DNA of 54,914 nt from an uncultured Gammaproteobacteria bacterium (GCA_964531745.1 CAZHFX010000001.1:1-54914); one strand, 5' to 3'. Shown: positions 8,163-18,517, counted from the first letter of the stretch. Numbers and translations: made by a program. The notes: a model not told the origin generated them from the sequence alone.

Positions 8163-9278
8163 TTAAACTGTAATTCTTGGTATATGATGGGCGATGCGGG
8201 TTACTATTTCGTAATTTATCGTATGGGCCTGCTTGGCCAATTCATCAGCAGTGATTTCGGCCCGGCCTTGCCGTCCAATCAGCGTGACAGTGTCCCCCGC
8301 TTTGGCATCTTTGACGCCGGTAACGTCCACCATGGCGAGGTTCATACAGACACGGCCGCGTATCGGACAGCGCGCGCCCCTGACGAGCACAGAGGCGTTG
8401 TCGCCAAATCTACGATCATAGCCATCGGCATAGCCAACCGGGATAGTCGCCAGCCGTGTCAGACGTTTCGTGACGTAGCTCCCACCGTAGCCAATAGGGG
8501 TATTCTTTGGCAGTATTTTCATCTGAATAATTTTTGTGCGCCAGGACAAAACCGGCAGTAAAGAAATTTTCTTTTTGAGTATTCTTGCTGGGTATAAACC
8601 ATACACAGTCAATCCTGCGCGCACGCCGTCCGCGCGCATTTCCGGGTATAAAATAGCGGCGGCCGAACAGGCCATGTGTCTAAATGGAGCCGCTATTCCC
8701 GTTTGACGCAATTTTGTGTTCACTTCATTAAAGCACCGCCATTGCTTTTTGGTGACGCTGGAGTTTGATTCGCTGGAGGAAAAATGACTCCATATTCCCT
8801 CTATCGTTAAACGGCGAAACTGTTTAATTTTTTTAACAAAATCTACAATTTCCTGCGGCAATACGCCAACCCGCGCCGTGCCGGTATCTATCTTTATATG
8901 AACTTTAATTTGTCTGTTTGCCCGCTCCCCCGCTTGGTTGAGCATCTCGGCTTGTTTCAGCGTAAAAACTGGAAAAGCAACGTTATGCTTGGCCGCGACG
9001 CTGATTTTTTTGACGTCTAAATCAAGAATATCCAAAATTAAAATTGGTTTTTTTATTATTTTATTTTGAATAAGAGCGATCGCTTCGTCTAGTTCCACCA
9101 CGCACAGACGATCCGCCTGTTTATTGCGCGCGCAGAGACGGGCTATTTCTAAAAAACCGTGGCCGTAGGCGTTTGCCTTAATCACCGGCATTAACTCCAC
9201 TCCTCTGCCCACGGTTTGGCGGAGCGCACTGATATTTTTTTGGAGAGCTTTTTTGTCAATTTCTACCCAAGTGAGCAT
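8163..9278 (-). CDS. alr: Alanine racemase
   Basis: PLP-lysine motif VIKANAYGHG. Full-length fold. Confidence 0.9.
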   Translation of the reverse strand: MLTWVEIDKKALQKNISALRQTVGRGVELMPVIKANAYGHGFLEIARLCARNKQADRLCVVELDEAIALIQNKIIKKPILILDILDLDVKKISVAAKHNVAFPVFTLKQAEMLNQAGERANRQIKVHIKIDTGTARVGVLPQEIVDFVKKIKQFRRLTIEGIWSHFSSSESNSSVTKKQWRCFNEVNTKLRQTGIAAPFRHMACSAAAILYPEMRADGVRAGLTVYGLYPARILKKKISLLPVLSWRTKIIQMKILPKNTPIGYGGSYVTKRLTRLATIPVGYADGYDRRFGDNASVLVRGARCPIRGRVCMNLAMVDVTGVKDAKAGDTVTLIGRQGRAEITADELAKQAHTINYEIVTRIAHHIPRITV

Positions 9279-9333
9279 AGGTCTGATTTTGGACAGATAA
9301 ATTTAACAATCCTCAATTGACGAGGTTTATGTT

Positions 9334-9362
9334 AGTATACCGCATTCAGCGTTTTTCAACAA
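9334..9362 (-). promoter_or_regulatory. Candidate promoter TTGTTG-17-TATACT upstream of alr
   Basis: Minus-strand read TTGTTGAAAAACGCTGAATGCGGTATACT. Confidence 0.4.
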
Positions 9363-9369
9363 AACATCG

Positions 9370-10653
9370 CTAAATTTTGTCAAATCCGGTATATTTTTGC
9401 AACGCTGTTGGAATCAAGATGCTACCGTCCGCCTGTTGAAAATTTTCCATGACAGCGATTAGCGTTCGTCCAATAGCAAAGACAGTGGCGTCATTCATAT
9501 GGACGAATTCATTTTGTCCCGCGGCTCGTTTTACTTTGGTATTTAGGCGGCGAGATTGGAAATCGGTCATATAATCCGAGGTATGGGTTTCGCGGTATTT
9601 CTTCTGGCTTGGGATCCATGTTTCAACATCAAACTCGCGAAAATCCGGCAGGCCCATATCGCCGGTGCATTTGAGAACAATTTGGTAGGGCAACTCCAGC
9701 GACTGCATCAGGTACTCTTGCAAGCCGACGATCAAATCTTGTTCAGCCAAAGATTGTTCGGGCAGTCCAAAGATTTCAAATTCAATTTTATCAAACTGAT
9801 GCACCCGCAGAATGCCGCGGGTATCCTTGCCGTAGCTCCCGGCTTCACGGCGGAAGGCTGTTGAATAGCCGACAAATCGAAGCGGCAATTCTTTTTCAGA
9901 AAAAATTTTGTCCATGAACATGGGGCCCATGGTGTGTTCGGCGCTGCCGACCAGATACAGATCGTCGCTCGGTATGTGGTAGCGCTCCTCTTTCGGCTCC
10001 AACCGACCCATTTTATGCATTACCTCCGGACGGATCATAACCGGCGGAATAATAGGGATAAAAGGCGTCGCCGGAACTGTTAAATTTTTTTCAGAAATAA
10101 TTTTTTCCAATATTTCTTGATTGGTTGCGACTGCCAGCGCGTGATTGATGAGCGCGAACTGGAGCAGGGCTAATTTGCCTTTTAAGTATGTGAAACGCGC
10201 GCCTGCTACCACGCCAGCGGTTTCCATATCTATAAGCCCTCGTTTCTCGCCAAGAGCTAGATGGTCCAAAACGGGAAAACCAAATTTTTTTGGTTTTCCC
10301 CATTGCCTCACCACCTTATTTTCCGTTTCGTCTTTTCCAATCGGAACACTTTCGTGGCAAAGATTCGGCAATTTATAGAGGAGCGCCTGTAAAATGGCGA
10401 CTTTTTCTTTGAGCAAGGATTCTAACTCCTTAATTTCCCCGCCAACTTTTTTCATTTTTATAATTTGTTCTAGAGTTGGTTTAGTTTTGGATCCGGAGTT
10501 GCGCTCCGCGCGCAGAACGTCAATTTTTTTTTGTGATAAAACAATTTCTTCGTCCAGTTTGACAAACGCGCTCAGATCAACCGTCACATTTCGGCTTTTA
10601 TTATTTTTCTCCACTAGCTTTTGGTTTTCCCTGATAAACTTGATGTCTAGCAT
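9370..10653 (-). CDS. serS: Seryl-tRNA synthetase
   Basis: Canonical N-terminus MLDIKFIREN at ATG 10653 (the track start 10671 is 6 codons upstream). Coiled-coil arm plus a class II core. Confidence 0.9.
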   Translation of the reverse strand: MLDIKFIRENQKLVEKNNKSRNVTVDLSAFVKLDEEIVLSQKKIDVLRAERNSGSKTKPTLEQIIKMKKVGGEIKELESLLKEKVAILQALLYKLPNLCHESVPIGKDETENKVVRQWGKPKKFGFPVLDHLALGEKRGLIDMETAGVVAGARFTYLKGKLALLQFALINHALAVATNQEILEKIISEKNLTVPATPFIPIIPPVMIRPEVMHKMGRLEPKEERYHIPSDDLYLVGSAEHTMGPMFMDKIFSEKELPLRFVGYSTAFRREAGSYGKDTRGILRVHQFDKIEFEIFGLPEQSLAEQDLIVGLQEYLMQSLELPYQIVLKCTGDMGLPDFREFDVETWIPSQKKYRETHTSDYMTDFQSRRLNTKVKRAAGQNEFVHMNDATVFAIGRTLIAVMENFQQADGSILIPTALQKYTGFDKI

Positions 10654-10663
10654 ATAGCGGAAT

Positions 10664-11683
10664 TTAATCAATATACTTTTTAAGTATGATTTTACTATTC
10701 CTTATTATTTCTCCATTATTGCTGATTAAATTATTTCGGAGCGCTTCTTGATAGGTGAACCAGCCGTGCCCCGCCACTTCGCCGGAAGCGGATCGGTAAA
10801 TGCCGCCAGTGATGGCGCAAATATAAACATAAAGAAAAATTTGTAAATCGGAAGTAACGTTATAATTATATAGATGAGGCAAGGGTTCAATAAATCGAAT
10901 GTCGTATCCGGTTTCCTCTCGGCATTCTCTCCTGATTGTCGCTTTAATTTTTTCTTTATTTTCCACTACTCCTCCGGGAAATTCCCAAGTATTATTAAAT
11001 TCTGGACGTGGATCGCGGCGTTTTTGCATAAAAAATTTTCGATCTTTCACCAATATCGCTCCAGCCACTACCAGCTGGCGCGGACTGAATTCTCGCGCTA
11101 AAAAATATTTCAGCTGTGTCGCCGCCTGCCCGCGGTGGCTGATTAAATTTTTTTCTTCCGCCGGCATTTCCGCGAGCATCTTTTTAGCCGGCGGATAATA
11201 GAATATGGCGTCATAAGTCATTCCTTCCGCCAACGGTTTTTTTGATTCTTTTTGGACGATCACTCCGGCTAGCCGCCCCAGAAAAACCGAATAATTATCA
11301 TTTTTTGGATTAAAAAAACAGGCCGCTGTTTCAAAGGTCGCGCCGCGTTTTGCTTTGGGCGCTCCGGCCAGCTCGCGCAGTATTTTCGTCCGGCGCTCTT
11401 CAGGAGTGGCACCGTAGCGTTTAGCTTTAACTCCTGGGCGACCGCCAAGATGTTTGATAAAAAGACCGGTGTCTTCAGCGATGGTGGGGAGTTTTGATTT
11501 CTTGGCAAAAAACCGCGCTTTGTGAATGGCATTTTCTTCTGTGGTGGCAAACGGCTCTTCTAATTCAACGGCGTCCAAATGGATATCGCGCAAATTGACG
11601 AACGTAAATGGCAAATCCGCGAATTCTACCATGAGTTCTCTGAACTTCCCCAGATTTGTCGTGGCAATAAGAATTTTTTCCAT
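10664..11683 (-). CDS. Fusion protein: RdgB/HAM1 non-canonical NTP pyrophosphatase + Nudix hydrolase
   Basis: The N-half has ILIATTNLGKFRE, AEDTGL and ISHRGQA (HAM1). The C-half has the Nudix box GGVVENKEKIKATIRRECREETG. Confidence 0.8.
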   Translation of the reverse strand: MEKILIATTNLGKFRELMVEFADLPFTFVNLRDIHLDAVELEEPFATTEENAIHKARFFAKKSKLPTIAEDTGLFIKHLGGRPGVKAKRYGATPEERRTKILRELAGAPKAKRGATFETAACFFNPKNDNYSVFLGRLAGVIVQKESKKPLAEGMTYDAIFYYPPAKKMLAEMPAEEKNLISHRGQAATQLKYFLAREFSPRQLVVAGAILVKDRKFFMQKRRDPRPEFNNTWEFPGGVVENKEKIKATIRRECREETGYDIRFIEPLPHLYNYNVTSDLQIFLYVYICAITGGIYRSASGEVAGHGWFTYQEALRNNLISNNGEIIRNSKIILKKYID

Positions 11684-11698
11684 ACGATTTTGCCTCGT

Positions 11699-12094
11699 TT
11701 AACTCGGCGTTAATTTTGAGCTTTTATATTTCTCCGGAATGTATGGCGACAAACGGACAATTCGCGCGCTGTCGTCTAATACTTTTTCCAGATCATCAAG
11801 AAAAAATTTTTGGTCATACCCGAGCGCCACCACTTGCGGTTTTTCTTCAGCCACTATTCGGTGTTTGTTGTCCACGTATCCAAGAAGAATCTTGTTTGCC
11901 AAACCCAGGGTTTCCACGTTTTTAATCCGTGTTTCCTGATTGTTGTAAGGCCTTCTCCATTTCACTTTCTCTACTGTGTTATCCCGCGCTACCACCACAA
12001 CCAAATAATCGCCATACTCCTTGGCTTCCTTAAGCATGTGGATATGGCCGGGGTGTAAAATATCAAATGTGCCAAAAACTATCACCTTTTTCAT
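11699..12094 (-). CDS. Cytidylyl/adenylyltransferase family protein, RibL-like (possible FMN adenylyltransferase)
   Basis: GTFDILHPGH (HxGH) motif, about 130 aa. Resembles the archaeal RibL layout (from memory). Confidence 0.55.
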   Translation of the reverse strand: MKKVIVFGTFDILHPGHIHMLKEAKEYGDYLVVVVARDNTVEKVKWRRPYNNQETRIKNVETLGLANKILLGYVDNKHRIVAEEKPQVVALGYDQKFFLDDLEKVLDDSARIVRLSPYIPEKYKSSKLTPS

Positions 12095-12109
12095 AGGATG
12101 ACGTTCGGC

Positions 12110-13591
12110 CTATTTTTCAGGCCGGAGCGTCGGGAACAGGATCACCTCTTTTAAATTTTCCGCTCCAACGATTAATTTAACGAATCGGTCTATACCCATG
12201 CCCAGGCCGGCTGTGGGCGGCATGCCGTGTTTCAGCGCCTCCACGAAATCTTGGTCATAGGGCATGCTTTCTTCATCCCCCGCCTCTTTGTTGGCCGCTT
12301 GTTCCTTAAAACGAGCCTCTTGATCCAACGGATCATTCAGCTCGGAAAAAGCGTTGCAGAGCTCATTGCCGCCGACGCACAGAAGCTGGAAACGCTCTAC
12401 ATATCTAGGATCTTCCGCTTTTCGTTTGGACAGGGGTGAGAGCTCAACCGGATGGTCAATCATGAACAGCGGGTTTACAATTCGCGGTCGGACAAAATGT
12501 TTATAAATATCATCAATAAGTTTGCCGCGCCCGGAGCCTGGTTCAATACCCGCCGTTTTCATTTTTTTGGCGGCTTTAAAAAGTGAAACTTGATCAGGGA
12601 AGTCTTCAATATCCAGTTTGGCGTATTCTTTAATAATGGCGCGCATAGTTTGGCGCGGATAGGGCGGAGTAAAATTTACCTTTTGCCCGTCAACAGTGAA
12701 CGCGAGCGGTACCCCCGCTACTTTAAGGAGCTTGGGCAACAAATCCTCCATTAAATCCATGAGTGTAGTGTAGTCGGCATAGGCTTGGTAAAATTCAATC
12801 TGGGTGAACTCCGGATTATGATTTTGGTCTATCCCCTCATTCCGAAAACACTTGGCTATTTCATAGACTTTTTCAAAACCGCCTACTACTAATCGTTTCA
12901 AATAAAGTTCGGGCGCGATGCGCAGGTACAGCGGGATATCAAGCGCGTTATGATGGGTGACAAACGGTTTGGCGTTGGCTCCGCCGTAAAGAGCTTGTAA
13001 AATTGGCGTCTCCACTTCATAAAATCCCCGCGCGTCAAAATAGTTGCGTAATTCTTTCACCAACACGCTGCGTACTTTCGCGATCCGCATTGATTCTTCG
13101 TTGGCCAACAAATCAAGATAGCGCTGGCGGTAGCGAGTTTCAACGTCGGTAAGCCCGTGCCACTTTTCCGGCAGCGGTAGGAGAGTTTTAGCGAGCAACA
13201 CGCATCTTTTAACCAGCACGCTTATCTCTCCCTTCTTGGTGGCGAACATCTCGCCTTCAATATTTAAAAAATCGCCGATATCAATAGCGGTATTGACAAA
13301 GGCGAATTTTTCTTGGCCCAATTTTTCCAGCGAAAAAACTATTTGCAAATTCCCGGAAGCGTCAGTCAAATGTCCAAAAGTGATTTTGCCCATGTCACGA
13401 CGGCTGATCAGCCGTCCGGCCACCACGACTTTAGAACCGGCGGCCGCCGATTTGGCAGAGGCCAAAGTGTGCGTGCGCCGGGAGCGGGCCGGATATGGCT
13501 CAACGCCGGTTTTTTTGAGCGTTTCCAAATGCTCCAGGCGGATGACATCTTCGCGGATATTTTCGGGAGAAAATTTGGGCTGGACGGGCAT
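12110..13591 (-). CDS. lysS: Lysyl-tRNA synthetase (class II)
   Basis: OB-fold N-domain, FRNEGIDQNHNPEFT (motif 2 region), GMGIDRF (motif 3 region). Confidence 0.9.
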   Translation of the reverse strand: MPVQPKFSPENIREDVIRLEHLETLKKTGVEPYPARSRRTHTLASAKSAAAGSKVVVAGRLISRRDMGKITFGHLTDASGNLQIVFSLEKLGQEKFAFVNTAIDIGDFLNIEGEMFATKKGEISVLVKRCVLLAKTLLPLPEKWHGLTDVETRYRQRYLDLLANEESMRIAKVRSVLVKELRNYFDARGFYEVETPILQALYGGANAKPFVTHHNALDIPLYLRIAPELYLKRLVVGGFEKVYEIAKCFRNEGIDQNHNPEFTQIEFYQAYADYTTLMDLMEDLLPKLLKVAGVPLAFTVDGQKVNFTPPYPRQTMRAIIKEYAKLDIEDFPDQVSLFKAAKKMKTAGIEPGSGRGKLIDDIYKHFVRPRIVNPLFMIDHPVELSPLSKRKAEDPRYVERFQLLCVGGNELCNAFSELNDPLDQEARFKEQAANKEAGDEESMPYDQDFVEALKHGMPPTAGLGMGIDRFVKLIVGAENLKEVILFPTLRPEK

Positions 13592-13594
13592 AAA

Positions 13595-14056
13595 TTACTT
13601 GATTTCTAAAATTTTGTATTTCATTTTCCCGGCCGGCGTTGTGACCTCAACGGTTTCGCCAGCTTTATGGCCCAAAAAAGCTTCGCCCAACGGCGATTCG
13701 TTGGAAATTAAGCCTTTTACCGGGTTAATTTCTTGCGGCCCGACAATGGTATAACTTTTTTCTTTTCCTCCCGTCTGAACTTTTAGCGTGCTTCCCACCG
13801 ACACCACGCCGATTCCTTGCTTCACAATTATGGAGGCATTCGCGATGATTTTTTCAAGTGCTTGCAATCTTCCTTGTGTCCAGGACATATCCTCGCGCGC
13901 TTGGTGGTATTCGGCATTTTCGGAAAGATCTCCTTGCTGTTTGGCTTCATCAATGCGCTTGGCAATCTCCGGTATAGTGGTACTTTTGATTATTTCGTAT
14001 TCTTTTTCTAGTTCAGCCAAACTCTCGGCGGTCATATAGTGGATAGGTTCGTCCAT
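13595..14056 (-). CDS. greA: Transcription elongation factor GreA
   Basis: GDLSENAEY acidic finger tip plus a C-terminal globular domain. The start is ambiguous (ATG 14056 or 14035; the track start 14089 is TTG). Confidence 0.85.
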   Translation of the reverse strand: MDEPIHYMTAESLAELEKEYEIIKSTTIPEIAKRIDEAKQQGDLSENAEYHQAREDMSWTQGRLQALEKIIANASIIVKQGIGVVSVGSTLKVQTGGKEKSYTIVGPQEINPVKGLISNESPLGEAFLGHKAGETVEVTTPAGKMKYKILEIK

Positions 14057-14096
14057 ACGGTATTTTATATTTATAAAAAATAAAAACAATAAATGT

Positions 14097-14124
14097 AGTA
14101 TAGCATAGAACTAGTCGGTGTCAA
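14097..14124 (-). promoter_or_regulatory. Sigma-70-type promoter TTGACA-16-TGcTATACT upstream of greA
   Basis: Minus-strand read. The -35 overlaps the mrdA stop codon. Confidence 0.55.
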
Positions 14125-16103
14125 CTTCTAGGAAGAAGGTACCTTTTCCCCCACCACTCCAGAAAACCATTGACGATTGGCAGGGCGGTCGCGCCTCCTT
14201 CCCCGCCATCTTCCACTAAAACAGTAACGACAATTTGCGGGTCGGTAAAGGGGGCGAAGGCGGTAAACCAGGCGTGTGTCGGGTGAGTTTTGCTCCATTG
14301 AGCTGTTCCGGTTTTACCCGCCGCCGTAAAGGGCAGCGTTTTAAGGGGCTGGCAACTGCCGTAGGCGACGCAATCACGCATCCCCTCTCTTACAGTGGTT
14401 AAATTTTGTTTTGAAACAAGCCCGTTGGGACGGTCCGGAAATTGAAAAATCATCGTTTTTTTAGTCATCGGATCGGTAACAGATTTTCCAACATGAGGAG
14501 TAATGATGGCGCCGCCATTCGCGACCGCCGCTGTCCACACGGCCACCTGGAGCGGCGTTGTCAAAACGTCGCCTTGTCCGATGGAGATATTGTAAGTGTC
14601 CCCAACATACCAAGTTTCGCCTTTCGTCCTCTGTTTCCATTCCTTGCTGGGGAGAAAACCACCGTTTTCACCAGGTAAATCAATGCCAGTATCGCGCGAT
14701 AGGCCGAACGCCTCAAGGTAGCGGCGGATGGTCTCAACTCCTAAACCGGCGAAACGTTCGTAGCCGCCGCCAATATAATAGAAAAAAGTATTTACCGACC
14801 AGGCCAGCGCCTTAAGAACGTTGGTAGCACCGTGTCCTCCGGCCTTCCAATCTTTGAAGAGTTGTCCGCCGATGACAATACCACCCACGCTGTTGAAACT
14901 GGTGGTTTTGGTAATAATACCTTCCTGCAGGGCGGCGGCGGAGATTAAGAGTTTAATGGTTGACCCAGGCGGATAAGAACCGGCAATAACGCGATTAAAA
15001 AGCGGGTGATCGGGATCATTTAGATAATTGCTGTAGGTAGCTAGATCAATGCCGCTGGAAAATTTATTATTATCAAACGCCGGCCAATTTACCAAAGCAA
15101 GAACTTCTCCGGTGTTGGGGTTGAGCGCGACGGCGGCAATGCGGCGTTTTTTGACGCGCTCAGCGGTTGCTCTCACCAAACTTTCCAGTTTTTTCTGGGC
15201 TTCTAAATCTATAGTGAGGTTCAAATTTTGCCCCGGCACCGGTGGATCTACCGCTAAAACTGCCTGCTCTTTACCGGCCGCGTTCACTTCAATTTTTTTT
15301 CGTCCGTAATGACCGCGCAAATAAGATTCGTATTTTTTTTCTACGCCGATTTTTCCAATATTATCAGACGTTAGATATCCTTGATTATGCCGGACGCGCA
15401 GTTCTTGTTCATCCAATTTACCAAGATATCCCAAAACGTGAGAGAGCGAGAGAGTGGAAGTATTCACTGCCGGCGAGTAACTGCGCTGATTGCCTGATTC
15501 AACAGCGACACCGGGTAAATCGGCGTTTTGCACATAGAGGGTGAGAGCGGTGGTATAGTCCAAGTTTTCCTTCAGGGTAATGGATTCATAGCTATACGCG
15601 TTGTATTTGGCCAGCAATATTTTAATATCGTCGGTTGATCGGCCGCTAATTTCAGCTATATGATTAAGAATATCGTCGCGTTTATCCGGATCGCGCGGCA
15701 GATCCTGCGGAATTATCGCCAAAGAAAAACTTGGTATGTTTTGAGTGAGCTCGCGGTTGAAGCGGTCGTAAATAATGCCGCGTTCGGCCGGAATGGGCGT
15801 GAGCCGAACGCGATTGCCCTCGGCGAGCGACCGGTAGTAATCCCCATTTATAATTTGTAAATAAAAAACTCTGCTAAAAATAAGAACGAGACCGATAATT
15901 ATGGTCGTGAGAAAGACATTTATCGCGCGCACAGAAATGCTGGTGCCCAAGTAGCGGGTGGTGTGAGCCACCGAGAGCCGATTTCGTTCAGCCCCCTCGA
16001 TGTCAAGTGATTCTTCAATCCACCTTGTTCTGTATTTGTCGGTTAAATCGCCGCGGGACGCGTCGGCTGAGGCAATGGTAAAAAAATCTTTGTCCATGGG
16101 CAT
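14121..16103 (-). CDS. mrdA: Penicillin-binding protein 2 (elongation transpeptidase)
   Basis: TM anchor and motifs STIK (SxxK), SVN (SxN), KTGT. It follows mreD directly. Confidence 0.85.
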   Translation of the reverse strand: MPMDKDFFTIASADASRGDLTDKYRTRWIEESLDIEGAERNRLSVAHTTRYLGTSISVRAINVFLTTIIIGLVLIFSRVFYLQIINGDYYRSLAEGNRVRLTPIPAERGIIYDRFNRELTQNIPSFSLAIIPQDLPRDPDKRDDILNHIAEISGRSTDDIKILLAKYNAYSYESITLKENLDYTTALTLYVQNADLPGVAVESGNQRSYSPAVNTSTLSLSHVLGYLGKLDEQELRVRHNQGYLTSDNIGKIGVEKKYESYLRGHYGRKKIEVNAAGKEQAVLAVDPPVPGQNLNLTIDLEAQKKLESLVRATAERVKKRRIAAVALNPNTGEVLALVNWPAFDNNKFSSGIDLATYSNYLNDPDHPLFNRVIAGSYPPGSTIKLLISAAALQEGIITKTTSFNSVGGIVIGGQLFKDWKAGGHGATNVLKALAWSVNTFFYYIGGGYERFAGLGVETIRRYLEAFGLSRDTGIDLPGENGGFLPSKEWKQRTKGETWYVGDTYNISIGQGDVLTTPLQVAVWTAAVANGGAIITPHVGKSVTDPMTKKTMIFQFPDRPNGLVSKQNLTTVREGMRDCVAYGSCQPLKTLPFTAAGKTGTAQWSKTHPTHAWFTAFAPFTDPQIVVTVLVEDGGEGGATALPIVNGFLEWWGKRYLLPRS

Positions 16104-16107
16104 ACAC

Positions 16108-16635
16108 TTATAAACCGATGTAACGGGGATTAAATCGTCTGGAGAACAACCGGCTGAAAAGATACAGCGACGTCAGCGCGCCGGCGTTAATCAGCCCCTC
16201 AACAAGCAGATCGGAAAAAAAGTTCCATTGCAAAGAATAATCTGTCATTTTGAATAATGCCGCACCGCTGATAAAGGTGAGAAATAAAATGCGGTAGCTG
16301 ATGAGAGCCGTGAATCCGCACAGCAATACAATATACCATGAGTGATTGGTAAAAATATTTAAGAGCAGCCAGTGTTCCATGAAGAGGCTGAAAAGAAGCG
16401 CGGCCGTAGATAAGCCGAAGGGCAAAGAAGAAAATAATTCGGCGCTGAAAGAAAGCGGCAGAGCCGCCCACAAAACGAACGGATTATTTTTATAAATAAC
16501 CAACCACAACAAAATGATAAATAAAAAGTTAAGCCGGTTGATCGGATATGGTGAAAGATAAATAAATAAAATATGGATTAAAAAAATCAAAAATCCCCCT
16601 CCCGTCAAGAGCAACGTTTTGAGGGCGAAACGCAT
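16108..16635 (-). CDS. mreD: Rod shape-determining protein MreD
   Basis: Small polytopic membrane protein between mreC and mrdA. Called by position and hydropathy. Confidence 0.65.
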   Translation of the reverse strand: MRFALKTLLLTGGGFLIFLIHILFIYLSPYPINRLNFLFIILLWLVIYKNNPFVLWAALPLSFSAELFSSLPFGLSTAALLFSLFMEHWLLLNIFTNHSWYIVLLCGFTALISYRILFLTFISGAALFKMTDYSLQWNFFSDLLVEGLINAGALTSLYLFSRLFSRRFNPRYIGL

Positions 16636-16636
16636 A

Positions 16637-17440
16637 TCAGCGAGTCAAAAGCGCGCCAACCACGGTGAGCTTGGATAAATCCGCGACCGAGTTTAAGATC
16701 GCCTGCTGAAACGGTTTATACGGTTCATTCTCAATCACGGCTACTGTGCCAATTAAAAGACCGCGCGGAATATTTTTTTCAAGACCGGAACTCACCACCT
16801 GATCTCCAATACGGACCGCCTCATCGCGAGGTATAAGATTCATGCGCAAACTGATGCCATATCCACCTTCCACCACTCCCAAACCGCGGTTATTATTAAG
16901 AATTACCGCGCTAATTTTACTTTGGTTGTCGTTAATCAGCCGGACGGTGGCGATATTAGGTTCCACCTTCAAAATTTTGCCGATCAATATTCCTTCTTCG
17001 GCCACAACCGGCTGATCGGCGACGAGGCCGGCGGTTGAACCTCGGTCAATCAGCACCGTTTGGCCGACGGTCAAAAGCTCTTTTCCGATTATATTGGCTA
17101 CCACCATCGGCGCCGGCTGTTTTTTGTGGAAAGTTAAAAGTTGGCGCAATTCGTTATTCTCTTCAAGCAGAAGAGCGGCCGCGGCCTTATCAACTGCCTG
17201 GCGGGCGACGGTCGCGAGACACGCTCGATAAGAAGAAATAAATTCATCTTTATTTTTAAATACTTGATAACGATCGCCGAGATTGATGCTGATGGTTGAG
17301 AGCGAGCTAAGCATCGGAGTGGCGATGGAACGCAAAAATATCTCTAGCGGCGCGATCAGTTTGGCATAGTGCAGAATAACTAACACGCCAAAAACGAAAA
17401 TCAGATACAGATATTTTTTTCTACCCGATCGGTCAGGCAT
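16637..17440 (-). CDS. mreC: Rod shape-determining protein MreC
   Basis: N-terminal TM, a coiled-coil segment (LLLEENNELRQLL) and a beta-rich C-domain. It lies downstream of mreB. Confidence 0.8.
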   Translation of the reverse strand: MPDRSGRKKYLYLIFVFGVLVILHYAKLIAPLEIFLRSIATPMLSSLSTISINLGDRYQVFKNKDEFISSYRACLATVARQAVDKAAAALLLEENNELRQLLTFHKKQPAPMVVANIIGKELLTVGQTVLIDRGSTAGLVADQPVVAEEGILIGKILKVEPNIATVRLINDNQSKISAVILNNNRGLGVVEGGYGISLRMNLIPRDEAVRIGDQVVSSGLEKNIPRGLLIGTVAVIENEPYKPFQQAILNSVADLSKLTVVGALLTR

Positions 17441-17464
17441 AAAAAGATACGGCGGAAAGGCCGT

Positions 17465-18517
17465 TTACGCCGGCTTTGACAAGAGTGGCCACACGGCGGT
17501 TTCACGAAGAAGATCCTCTTCATCCAGGAGTATCCCGGCTCCCCGGACAACCGAAGTGAGCGGATCATCAGCGATCCGAACTGGGATATTTATCGCTCGG
17601 TTAATCAGCTTGTCAAGGCCGCGCAACAGAGCGCCGCCGCCGGAAAGCAAAATGCCGCGTTCGTGGATGTCGGCTACCAGTTCGGGCGGAGTGATTTCAA
17701 TGATATCCTTGATGCTGTCAACAACGACGCGAAGCGAATTGATCATTGCTTCTCTTACTTGGCCGTCATTAATCATTACTTCGCGCGGCAAGCCGGTTAA
17801 AAGATCGCGGCCGCGCATAGGGAATTCCATGGTTTCGGGAAGTTCTACCGCCGAGCCGATTTTTATTTTGATTTCTTCCGCCTGGCGCTCGCCTAAAAGC
17901 AAATTAAAAACTGCCCGCGCGTACTGTATGATGTTGCGGTTTAATTCATCGCCGGCGATTTTAATGGATTTCCGGGTGGAGATGCCGCTCAAAGAAATAA
18001 CCGCGATTTCCGAAGTGCCGCCGCCGATTTCTACGATTAGATTGCCAATCGGTTCTCGCACCGGCATGCGCGAGCCGATGGCGGCTACCATCGGCTCCTC
18101 AACGATCCAAACCTCTTTGGCTCCGGCGTTCATAACCGCGTCTCCGACGGCACGACGTTCCACTTCCGTGATATCCACCGGCGCCCCAATAACTACTTTT
18201 GGACGCGATAAGAAATTTAACGCGCTGTCCTCGTAAACTTTATCAATAAAATAACGCAACATTTTTTCCGCCACTTCAAAGTCGGATATAATGCCGCCCG
18301 TGAGCGGCCGGGTGGTAATGATATGCGGCGGCGTTTTTCCTAGCATATCTTTGGCTTCGTGCCCGACGGCTAAAATTTGCTCCGTACGCGTGTTAATAGC
18401 GACTACGCTGGGTTCGTTGATGATGATACCGCGCCCTTTGACGTAAACCAACGTGTTAGCTGTGCCTAAATCAATGCCGAGTTCTTTTTGGAATTTATTA
18501 AAAAAATTAAAGGCCAT
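17465..18517 (-). CDS. mreB: Rod shape-determining protein MreB
   Basis: Actin-fold motifs GIDLGTANT and EIGGGTSE. The start could be 18517 or 18529. Confidence 0.9.
   Translation of the reverse strand: MAFNFFNKFQKELGIDLGTANTLVYVKGRGIIINEPSVVAINTRTEQILAVGHEAKDMLGKTPPHIITTRPLTGGIISDFEVAEKMLRYFIDKVYEDSALNFLSRPKVVIGAPVDITEVERRAVGDAVMNAGAKEVWIVEEPMVAAIGSRMPVREPIGNLIVEIGGGTSEIAVISLSGISTRKSIKIAGDELNRNIIQYARAVFNLLLGERQAEEIKIKIGSAVELPETMEFPMRGRDLLTGLPREVMINDGQVREAMINSLRVVVDSIKDIIEITPPELVADIHERGILLSGGGALLRGLDKLINRAINIPVRIADDPLTSVVRGAGILLDEEDLLRETAVWPLLSKPA

Noticed and set aside
17556-18236. A 226-aa plus-strand ORF antisense to mreB. Similar long antisense ORFs lie at 13236-13754, 28947-29351, 40806-41249, 45478-45903 and 48967-49542.
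   Set aside because: All lie opposite genes with strong family motifs. They have S/R/P-rich compositions, no recognisable domains and no promoter-like sequence. They are treated as shadow ORFs.
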